Source: an uncultured Chloroflexia bacterium (GTDB lineage Bacteria; Chloroflexota; Limnocylindria; Limnocylindrales; CSP1-4). Taken from it: a stretch of 64,000 bases of DNA. Location of the stretch: positions 1,376,001 to 1,440,000 of the forward strand of contig CAWEZH010000002.1 of NCBI GenBank assembly GCA_963813535.1, given 5' to 3'. Below the pieces are notes generated by a model. It made no database searches. It had not been told where the DNA came from and was given only the letters and a program-made list of their open reading frames with translations. The position numbers and the translations under genes are program-made. Of the stretch, positions 47,709 through 56,600 are shown piece by piece (within the stretch, counting starts at the first letter, position 1; every line of letters starts with the position of its first letter).

Positions 47709-48698
47709 ATGCGATTCGGGTTCACCCTCAAGCCTGAGCACACCATCGAGCGCACCCTGGCGCTGACGCGCCAGGCGGAGGCGGCCGGCTTCGAGTACGG
47801 CTGGCTGTTCGACAGCCACGTCCTGTGGCGGGATCCCTATCCCCTGTTGACGCTCATGGCCGGCGCGACGGAGCGGCTGCGTCTCGGGACCTGCGTGACC
47901 AACCCCGGCACGCGCGAACCCTCCGTGACGGCCTCGGCGTTGGCGACACTGGACGAGATCAGCGACGGCCGGATGGACCTTGGCATCGGCCGGGGTGACT
48001 CGGCCCGCCGGGTGCTGGGCAAGCCACCGATCACGCTCGCCCACACCGAAGAGGCGATCAACGTCATCCGGACGCTGGTCGCCGGGAAGTCGATCGACTA
48101 CGAGGGCACGGAGCTGACGTTCCCGTGGACCCGCGGCTGGACCCTGCCGGTCTGGGTCGCTGGCTATGGACCCATGGCCATCGCCATGACCGGGCGCGTG
48201 GCGGACGGGCTCATCCTGCAGCTGGCGGACCCCGACCTCATCCGCTGGTTCGTGGGTCAGCTGCACGAGGCCGCAACGGCAGCCGGTCGTGACCCGGCAT
48301 CGCTCCAGGTGCAGGCGGCGGCGCCCGCCCACATCGGCCCCCGCGAGCTCGGCCGCGAGCGAACGCGCTGGTTCCCGGCACTCGTCTCGAACCACGTGGT
48401 CGACCTCGTGAACAAGTACCCCCGTGAGCAGTTGCCCGAGGCACTCACCGGCTACATCACCGATCGCACCGGCTACGACTATCACCACCATGCCGAGGTC
48501 GGGTCGTCGAATGCGGCGTTCGTCGGCGACGAGGTCGCCGATCGGTTCTGCGTCCTCGGCGAGGTCGGCGAGCACATCGACAAGCTGCACGAGCTGGCGG
48601 ACGCCGGTGTCGACCAGTTCAACCTCTACCTGATGAACGGCGATGAGGAACAGCAACTCGAGGCGTACGGCACGGACGTCATCCCAGCCTTCCGCTGA
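47709..48698 (+). CDS. LLM-class, probably F420-dependent oxidoreductase (TIGR03842/CPS_4043-like)
   Basis: Motifs GWLFDSHVLW, LGTCVTNP.TR, GIGRGDSA, VAGYGP, LQLADP and FPALVSNHVVDL. Confidence 0.85.
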   Translation: MRFGFTLKPEHTIERTLALTRQAEAAGFEYGWLFDSHVLWRDPYPLLTLMAGATERLRLGTCVTNPGTREPSVTASALATLDEISDGRMDLGIGRGDSARRVLGKPPITLAHTEEAINVIRTLVAGKSIDYEGTELTFPWTRGWTLPVWVAGYGPMAIAMTGRVADGLILQLADPDLIRWFVGQLHEAATAAGRDPASLQVQAAAPAHIGPRELGRERTRWFPALVSNHVVDLVNKYPREQLPEALTGYITDRTGYDYHHHAEVGSSNAAFVGDEVADRFCVLGEVGEHIDKLHELADAGVDQFNLYLMNGDEEQQLEAYGTDVIPAFR

Positions 48699-48840
48699 CC
48701 GTCGGCCGGCGCGAGGCCCTCCCCGACGAGGCAGGTACTGGCCAGGATGTCCGGCTGGTCAGCGGTACCTGATCTCGGCGACGATGGACCTCGCGCCGCA
48801 CGGTCCCCCCGCCGTGCCGCGACTCGCACCGGAGGAGCGG

Positions 48841-49026
48841 ATGGCCGCCAAATTCAATCGCGGGCCGGATCCGTTCTGGGACGATGGCCGCGGTGCCCGC
48901 CGCCGCAACATGGTCCAGCGCACGGAAGCGTCGCTGGCCCTCATCCTCGCGATCGCCGCATGCGGCCTCACCGCCGCGATGTGGCTGCGCCAGGTGATCC
49001 TGCCGCTGTTCGGCGTCAGCATCTGA
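48841..49026 (+). CDS. Small single-TM hypothetical protein (61 aa)
   Basis: GGAGGAG RBS 3 nt before the ATG and one hydrophobic helix. Alternative start 48784. Confidence 0.5.
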   Translation: MAAKFNRGPDPFWDDGRGARRRNMVQRTEASLALILAIAACGLTAAMWLRQVILPLFGVSI

Positions 49027-49125
49027 CCCTCCGGCCCCGCCGTCCCACTCCGCGGCGAGCGGCCCATCGCCTACCATCTCCCTCCTGACCGCCACGCCGT
49101 CGTCGTCCGAGGAGGGACCGCTTCG

Positions 49126-50524
49126 ATGCGCACGCTGATCGCGAACGGCACCATCGTCACCGCGGAGGGGTCGCAAGCCGCCGATGTCCTGATCGACGGC
49201 GAGACGATCGCCGCGATCGGTGCCGGTCTCGAGGCCGCCGGCATGACGGCCGACGAGACGATCGATGCCTCGGGCAAGTACGTCATCCCAGGCGCCATCG
49301 ACGTGCATACCCATATGGAGCTGCCGTTCGGCGGGACCTTCGCCAAGGACACATTCGAGACGGGGACCCGGGCGGCAGCCTTCGGCGGGACGACGACGAT
49401 CGTCGACTTCGCCGTGCAGTCGCGTGGCAAGTCGCTGCGCGAAGGGCTCGACGCATGGCACGCCAAGGCCGAGGGCAACGCCGTCGCCGACTATGGCTTC
49501 CACATGATCATGAGCGACGTCAACGACGACACGCTCAAGGAGATGGACGGGCTGGTCGCCGAGGGCGTTCCCGACTTCAAGCTGTTCACCGCATACCCGG
49601 GCGTCTTCTACAGCGACGACGGGGCGATCTTCCGGGCCATGCAGCAGACCGCGAAGAATGGCGGGCTGATCATGATGCACGCCGAGAACGGGATGGCCAT
49701 CGACGTGGTCGCGGAACAGACCGTCGAGGCCGGTACGACCGACCCGATCGGCCACGGCCTCGCTCGCAAGGCCGTCTTCGAGGGTGAGGCCACCAACCGC
49801 GTCATCCGCCTGGCCGAGGCGGCCGGCGTGCCGGTGTACATCGTCCACCTGTCGGCGAGCGAGGCATTGGCCGAGATCCGGGCGGCACGCGACCGCGGCT
49901 CGAAGGCCTTCGCCGAGACGTGCCCGCAGTACCTCTTCCTGTCGCTCGATGACCTCGGCAACGGGTTCGAGGGCGCCAAGTTCGTCTGCTCGCCACCGCT
50001 CCGGCCCAAGAGCCACTGGGACGACCTGTGGACCGGTCTCGTCAAGGACGACCTCCAGATCGTCTCGACCGACCACTGCCCGTTCGACTTCCACGGCCAG
50101 AAGGAGCTCGGTCGTGGCGACTTCCGCAAGGTCCCGAACGGGCTGCCGGGCGTCGAGGACCGGGTCGACCTGATGCACGACGGCGGGGTCGTGGGTGGCC
50201 GGATCACGAAGGAGCGCTGGGTCGAGATCGTGTCGACCGCGCCGGCCAAGATGTTCGGGATGTACCCGCAGAAAGGGGTCGGTCAGCGTCGGCGCCGATG
50301 CCGACCTCGTGGTCTACGACCCCACCAGGAAGCGGACGATCTCGGCGAAGACCCATCACATGGACGTCGACTACTCGTGTTACGAGGGTCGCGAGGTCCA
50401 GGGTGCGAGCGAGGTCGTCCTCTCACGTGGCTCGGTCATCGTGCGCGATGGCGAGTTCACCGGTCGCAAGGGCCAGGGCAGGTTCATCAAGCGCGGGGCC
50501 GCGGATCACGCGCGGATCTCCTGA
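49126..50524 (+). CDS. hydA: Dihydropyrimidinase, with a +1 frameshift near 50273 (probable sequencing error)
   Basis: Motifs PGAIDVHTH, FKLFTAY, HAENG, VHLS, ETCPQYL, STDHCPF and PNGLPG. The C-terminus KGSVSVGADADLVV..DYSCYEG continues in the +1 frame to 50524. Confidence 0.92.
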
Positions 50525-50536
50525 AGGAGCACGCCG

Positions 50537-51010
50537 ATGGCGATCGCAGACACGAGATTCGGTCACGTCAACGTCACGTCGCACGATTGGCGGCGGCTGG
50601 CCGCGTTCTACACCGACGTGTTCGGTTGCACCCTGGTGCCGCCAGAGCGCGACATCCGCAGCGCTGACCTGGATGCCGCCACCGGTCTCACCGACGCCCA
50701 CCTGACCGGTGCCCACCTGCGGTTGCCCGGTCACGGCGACAACGGCCCGACGTTGGAGATCTTCTCGTACGACCAGCTCGACCGGCACCCGGGTGGCCGG
50801 GTCGACCGCCCGGGCTGGGGCCATGTCGCGTTCCAGGTCCCCGACGTCCCGGCGGCCGTCGATGCGGTCACGGCGGCCGGCGGCGGTCGCATCGGCGACG
50901 TGATCACGACGCAGACCGCCGACGGCCGGCGCGTGACGTGGGTCTATGCGACCGATCCCGACGGCAATCTCGTCGAACTGCAGGCCTGGTCGGCCGCGAG
51001 CGACCGATAG
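50537..51010 (+). CDS. VOC/glyoxalase family protein
   Basis: Motifs HVNV, FYTDVFG, LEIF, HVAFQV and DPDGNLVEL. Confidence 0.9.
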   Translation: MAIADTRFGHVNVTSHDWRRLAAFYTDVFGCTLVPPERDIRSADLDAATGLTDAHLTGAHLRLPGHGDNGPTLEIFSYDQLDRHPGGRVDRPGWGHVAFQVPDVPAAVDAVTAAGGGRIGDVITTQTADGRRVTWVYATDPDGNLVELQAWSAASDR

Positions 51011-51015
51011 CGCGG

Positions 51016-51453
51016 ATGGTCGCCGCGCGCCGGCATGCCCGTGTTCCGGCCGAGCTCGAACGACTGGCCGAGCTTCGCGCGATCGTCCGGGACGTGGCCA
51101 AAGGGTGCGAAGCGCCGGCCGACTGCATCGACGACCTCGTCCAGGCCGTCGACGAGGCCGCCACGAACACCATCCGCTACGGCTATCGCGGCGAACCCGG
51201 CTGGATCGACCTGACCGCCGAGCTTGTCGCGGACGACATCGTCATCACCCTGGAGGACGAGGCACCCGAGTTCGACCCGACCGGCGCTCCGTCCCCGGAC
51301 ATGACCGTGCCGGCCGACCGGCGTCCGCCGGGCGGCATGGGAATCCACCTGATGCGCCTCGCGACCGACTCGATCGAGCATCGGGCGCGACCGGGCGGTG
51401 GCAACATACTCAGGCTGACGCGGTCGAGGGCCCGCGGCCCGAAGGAGGAGTGA
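51016..51453 (+). CDS. Anti-sigma factor/Ser kinase (RsbW-like HATPase)
   Basis: Motifs AVDEAATNTIRYGY, LEDEAPEFDP, GGMGIHLM and GGN. Confidence 0.88.
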   Translation: MVAARRHARVPAELERLAELRAIVRDVAKGCEAPADCIDDLVQAVDEAATNTIRYGYRGEPGWIDLTAELVADDIVITLEDEAPEFDPTGAPSPDMTVPADRRPPGGMGIHLMRLATDSIEHRARPGGGNILRLTRSRARGPKEE

Positions 51454-51455
51454 CG

Positions 51456-51875
51456 ATGGCCATGCAGACCACGGTCGAGCGAGTCGATGGGCGCGTCCCC
51501 GTCACCGTCATGGCGCTGTCCGGTGAGCTCGACGCGTCGAACTATCTCCGCCTCGTCGATGACGTCCGCCCGCTGTACGCCGCCGGCACCCGGCACCTGC
51601 TGCTCGACCTCCGCGACCTCACGTTCATCGCGAGCTCCGGATTGGTCGCCCTGTACTCGATCCTCATGGTCATGCAGGGCAAAGAGCCACCCGACCCGGA
51701 GTACGGCTGGAGTGCCCTTCACGAGATGGAACGCGGCGTGGAGGAGGGTGCGACCCAGGATGTCGTCAGGCTGAGCGGCGTCCAGCCGGCCGTCGGCGAG
51801 GTCCTCCAGCGAACCGGCATCGATGCCCTGTTCCCCAGCCATCCCGACAGGGAGTCCGCGCTCGCGGCGTTCTAG
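51456..51875 (+). CDS. STAS-domain anti-sigma factor antagonist
   Basis: Motifs GELDASN, LLDLRDLTFIASSGL and V.EVL..TG. Confidence 0.88.
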   Translation: MAMQTTVERVDGRVPVTVMALSGELDASNYLRLVDDVRPLYAAGTRHLLLDLRDLTFIASSGLVALYSILMVMQGKEPPDPEYGWSALHEMERGVEEGATQDVVRLSGVQPAVGEVLQRTGIDALFPSHPDRESALAAF

Positions 51876-51892
51876 TTCCTCGTGACCGTGCC

Positions 51893-52936
51893 ATGAACGA
51901 GGACCACAAGGACTCGATCGAGGCGATCCTGCGGCCGTTCACGCGCGTCGGCGATGAGCTCGCCGTTCACCTCGAGCTCGAGGGAAGCGACGGCTCGACG
52001 GTTCCCACAGGTGGGCCGCGTTTGACGCGCGACCTCGAAGCCGATGGACGCTTCGTCGGACGCCTCGTGGCCGAGGGTCCGTCCGTGTCGCAGAGATCCG
52101 TCGTCGCCGCACTGGAGGCACTCGCGGTCGCGGTCGAACGCATCCTGGTGGTCCCACCGCGTGAAGGCGTGTCCGACTCGAGCGGGTCGGATCCGCGAAG
52201 CGGGATGGCGGCCGAGCTTGCCCTGAGCCGGCTGCAGCAGCGAAGCATCGTGTCGCTCGAGCCGCCCGATGTGCCGGGCTACGACCTGGCCAGCTACTAC
52301 GAGCCGGCGCGCGAGATCGGTGGCGACTTCTTCGAGCTGTTCCGGCTACGTCGTCGGGGCCGGCCGTTGGGTCTCGTCATCGCGGATGTGACCGGCAAGG
52401 GCATTGCCGCGGCGCTGCTGATGGCGTTCGCGCGACCCGTGATCCACTCCGCCCTGCAGGCAGCAAGCGGGCCTGCCGACGCGTTGCGCCGCACGAACCG
52501 GATCCTGGTCGAGGAGCTGCATACGGCGCTGTTCATCACCGCGCTCGTCGGTCGACTCGACGTCACCTCGGGCCGCCTGCAGATCTCGAACGCCGGCCAC
52601 GAACCACCGCTCCTGCTCCCGGCCGACGGCGGGCCGATCACCGAGATCGGGGGTGGCGGACCGCTGCTCGGGATGTTCTCGCCGCTGGAGCTCGCCGAGA
52701 CCGAGCTGGAGTTCGCTCCGGGCGACCGACTGCTCCTTTACACCGACGGTGTGACCGATGCGCTCACGTCGAGCGGCGAGCGGTTCGGCAAGGGCCGGTT
52801 GATCTCGACGATCGAGGACGCGCGCGATGGGTCGGCGCACGACATCGTCCGGGTGCTGAGCCAGGCGGTCAGCGGGTTCTGCGCCGATGTGGCGCCGACC
52901 GATGATGTGACGATCGTGGCGGTCGGGCGGCACTGA
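51893..52936 (+). CDS. PP2C/SpoIIE-family Ser phosphatase (RsbU-like)
   Basis: Motifs EIGGDFF, IADVTGKG, NAGH, LYTDGVTD and DDVT. Confidence 0.92.
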   Translation: MNEDHKDSIEAILRPFTRVGDELAVHLELEGSDGSTVPTGGPRLTRDLEADGRFVGRLVAEGPSVSQRSVVAALEALAVAVERILVVPPREGVSDSSGSDPRSGMAAELALSRLQQRSIVSLEPPDVPGYDLASYYEPAREIGGDFFELFRLRRRGRPLGLVIADVTGKGIAAALLMAFARPVIHSALQAASGPADALRRTNRILVEELHTALFITALVGRLDVTSGRLQISNAGHEPPLLLPADGGPITEIGGGGPLLGMFSPLELAETELEFAPGDRLLLYTDGVTDALTSSGERFGKGRLISTIEDARDGSAHDIVRVLSQAVSGFCADVAPTDDVTIVAVGRH

Positions 52937-52963
52937 CGTCGGGGCCAGCCGCCGGACATGAGA

Positions 52964-52997
52964 CGGCCGCCGGGTCGAGCCTCGACGCCGGCGGCCG
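52964..52997. terminator. Hairpin between convergent genes
   Basis: CGGCCGCCGG-GTCGA-GCC-TCGAC-G-CCGGCGGCCG. Confidence 0.55.
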
Positions 52998-53015
52998 CAG
53001 GTGCAGCGTGGCGGG

Positions 53016-53444
53016 TCAGACCGTGGCCACGGTCCGGCGGTCGAACACGCGGATCAAGGCGAGGATCAGCAGCTCGACGAGGCTCCAGCCGATCAGCGCG
53101 ACGATCGCCGCGATATCGAGCTTCGAGCCCTGGTCGGCCGTCACGCGGTCGATCGAGAACATGCCGCGGAACGGCTCGACGAACGGATCGGTGATGGTCA
53201 GGATGAGCTGGACGACGTCGTTGCCAGGGTTCGCGACCAGCAGCAGCAGGATGATCCGAAGGATCAGGGCGACCTGCAGCACCCCGAAGAGGAAGGTCAC
53301 GACCCGCGCGATCACAGCGGCCGTACCGGGACCGGCCGGCACGTGGGCCCGTTCGGTCGTGCGCACGGCCGTCGACTGCGGCTCGGTCGCCACAGGGTCC
53401 GTCGTGGTCGTCTGATGGGTGGTGGTTCGTTCGTAATCGGTCAT
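53016..53444 (-). CDS. YggT-like small membrane protein
   Basis: LRIILLL..ANPGN..V..I..ITDPFVEPFRGMF pattern, two TM helices, AGGAGG RBS. Confidence 0.8.
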   Translation of the reverse strand: MTDYERTTTHQTTTTDPVATEPQSTAVRTTERAHVPAGPGTAAVIARVVTFLFGVLQVALILRIILLLLVANPGNDVVQLILTITDPFVEPFRGMFSIDRVTADQGSKLDIAAIVALIGWSLVELLILALIRVFDRRTVATV

Positions 53445-53604
53445 GGGTGGGCCTCCTGGGCTTGCGAGCCGCAGGATGGCCTCAGTACCTCACCGCGCGC
53501 GCATCACTCGCCGCACGTGATGCTTGCAGGGGCATGCCAGACCGCCGTTCGGTGCGCGTGGACACCGTCGCCCCGCACGGCGTCGCGATCGGTGCGCCGG
53601 GTCG

Positions 53605-56600
53605 TCAGGCGGGGCGGAGGGCGATCAGCTGCGCGACGTTGCCTGATGACTGCGAGGACGTGGCCGCGAACGTACCGGTCGCGCCCGCTGCCGCCCGGAT
53701 GGCACTCGCGGACATCAGGGAGGTGAACTGGCTCGGCGAGGTGCCGATCAGGTCGCAGCGTTCCGTGAAGCCGGCCGGCGGCGTCCAGGTCGAGCCTGCC
53801 ATGTTCCCGAAGATGGCAACGAGCATCGTGTTCGCGACCGGGGTCGTGATCGACGGCGCGGTCGCCGTGGTCGAAGCGCTGGCCGCCACCTGGCCGCCCG
53901 AGGCGGCGATCGGGTTGGCCGTGTTGACGCCGCTGTAGGCATGGATCGTGCCGGCAGCCAGGCGGGATGCCGAGAACGTCCAGGTCCACGATGCGGGATC
54001 CCCGCCAGCCGCCACACGCCAGTAGGTGTGCATGCGGAGGCTGGATGTGTACGTATCGGTCCGGATGAGCGTCCAGCCAGCCGGCGCTGTCACGGTGGAG
54101 GTCCCGCGGACACCGAGCGACGCGAGGAGCAGGTCTCCCGCCACCGTGCCTGTCGGCCGGGCGAGGTTGATGCTGGTCGTGGAGGCGTTGTTGGAGCCGA
54201 AGCTGACGGCGCGGAAGGCGATGCCGCTGCCCGCCGGCACGTCGGTCACGGTCCAGGTGAAGGTGTCGGTGGCATCGACGGCCGGACCGTCGCGCACGGT
54301 GATGGACACGGCATACGGGCTCGAGGCGGCGGCCACCGAGCTGATCGTGCCGGTGATCAGGCCGGTCGACGTGTTGATCGACAGCCCTGCAGGCAGGTTC
54401 GTGGCCGCGTACGTCAGCGGATCACCGTCGGGATCGGTCGCTCCTGCATCGAGGGTGACGCCCGTGCCCTCGGGGTCGGTCCGGTTGCCCAGGTTCTGGT
54501 CGAAGGTGGGCGGCAGGTTCGGACCCGGGACGTCGGTCACGGTCCATGTGAACGTGTCGGTCGCGTCGACCGTGGCCCCATCGCGGACCGTGATCGACAC
54601 CGCATACGGGCTGCCGGCTGCCGCGGTCGAGTTGATGGTGCCGGTGATCAGGCCGGTGCCGGTCGCGATCGACAGACCCGGCGGGAGGTTCGTGGCGGCG
54701 TAGGTCAGCGGATCACCGTCGAGGTCGGTCGCGCCCGCATCGAGGTTGACGACCGTGCCTTCCGGATCCGTCCGGTTGGGCAGGTTCTGGTCGAACGTCG
54801 GCTCGTTGTTGACGGGCGGCGGTCCGCCGGCCGCCGGTCGGAGGGCGATGAGCTGGGCGGCGTTGCCGGACGACATCGTCGCCGATGCCACGGCCGTACC
54901 GGTCGCGCCGACGGCCGGCCGAAGCACGTCGGCCGACATCATGGACGTGAACTGCGAGGGCGACGTGCCGATCAGGTCGGCTCGTTCGACGAAGCCCGCG
55001 GGCGGCGTCCATGTGGTGTTGGCGAGGTTTGCGTAGAACGCCACGAGCATCGTGTTCGCGACCGTGGTGGTGATCGACGGCGCCGTCGACGTCGCGGAGG
55101 GTGACGCGGCGGGCTGACCACCGGAGGCGTCGATCGGTGTCGTCGTGTTGACCCCGCTGTACGCGTGGACCACGCCGGCCGCCAGACGCGAACCCGAGAA
55201 CGTCCATGTCCACGTCGCCGGATCGGATCCGGTCGCCAGGCGCCAGTAGACGTGCATGCGCAGGCTGGACGTGTACGTGTCGGTACGGATCAGCGCCCAG
55301 CCCGCGGGGGCAGTGACCGTGGACGTCCCGCGCACATCGAGGGACGCGAGCATCACATCGCCCGCGAGCGTGCCCGTGGGCCGGTTCAGGACGATGCTCG
55401 TCGACGAGGCGTTGTTCGAGCCGGAGCTGACGGCCCGCAGCGCGATGGGAGCGCCCGCCGGCACATCGGTGACCGTCCACGTGAAGATGTCGGTGGCGTC
55501 GACGGTCGCGCCGTCGCGGACCGTCACGCTGACGCTGTACGGGCTGCCGGCCGCGGCGGTCGAGCTGATCGTGCCGGTGATCAGACCTGTCGCGGTGTTG
55601 ATCGTCAGGCCGGTGGGCAGATTCGTCGCTGCGTACGTCAGCGGGTCATTGTCGAGATCCGTCGCCCCGGCGTCGAGGCTGATGACCGCCCCTTCTGGAT
55701 CGGTCCGGTTCTGGACGTCCTGGTCGAAGGTGGGCTCGCGGTTCACGTTGGTGACGGTCCACTGGAACGTATCGGTCGCATCGACCGTGGGGCCGTCGCG
55801 GACCGTCACGGACACGTTGTACGGGCTTCCCGCGGCCGCGGTGAACGCGATGGTGCCGGTGATGAGGCCCGTGCCGGTGTCGATGCTCAGGCCAGCTGGC
55901 AGACCCGTGGCGGCATAGGTCAGCGGGTCGCTCTCGGGGTCGGTCGCCCCGGCATCGAGGCTGATGACCGCGCCCTCGGGGTTCGACTGGCTCGGCACGT
56001 CCTGGTCGAACGTCGGTGGCTGATTGGGTGGCGGCACCTCGGTGACCGTCCAGGTGAAGGTGTCGGTCGCATCGACCGTCGCGCCATCACGGACCGTCAC
56101 GCTGACGCTGTACGGGCTGGTGTCCGCGCCAGTGGCGCCGATCGTGCCGGTGATCAGACCGGTCGTCGGGCTGATGCTGAGCCCAGGTGGCAGATTCGTC
56201 GCGGCGTAGGTCAACGGGTCGCCATCGAGGTCGGTGGCGCCGGCGTCGAGGCTGATGACCGCACCCTCGGCATGGTTCTGGTTCGGGACGTCCTGATCGA
56301 ACGTGGGCTCACGGTTCACGTTGGTGACGGTCCAGGTGAACGTGTCGGTGGCGTCGACGGTCGCGCCGTCGCGCACAGTGACGCTGACGCTGTACGGGCT
56401 TCCAGCGGCCGCGGTGAAGGCGATCGTCCCGGTGATGAGGCCTGTCGACGTGTTGATCGACAGACCCGCCGGCAGGTTCGTCGCGGCGTAGGTCAGCGGA
56501 TCGTTGTCGAGGTCGGTCGCCCCGGCATCCAGGGTGATGACGGCGGCCTCGGCATGGTTCTGGTCCGGGACGTTCTGGTCGAAGGTCGGTTCGTTGTTGA

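Noticed and set aside
50268-50285. Programmed ribosomal frameshift in hydA at AAAGGGG
   Set aside because: A +1 shift is needed and the heptamer is not in -1 slippery phase. A homopolymer indel error is the simpler explanation.
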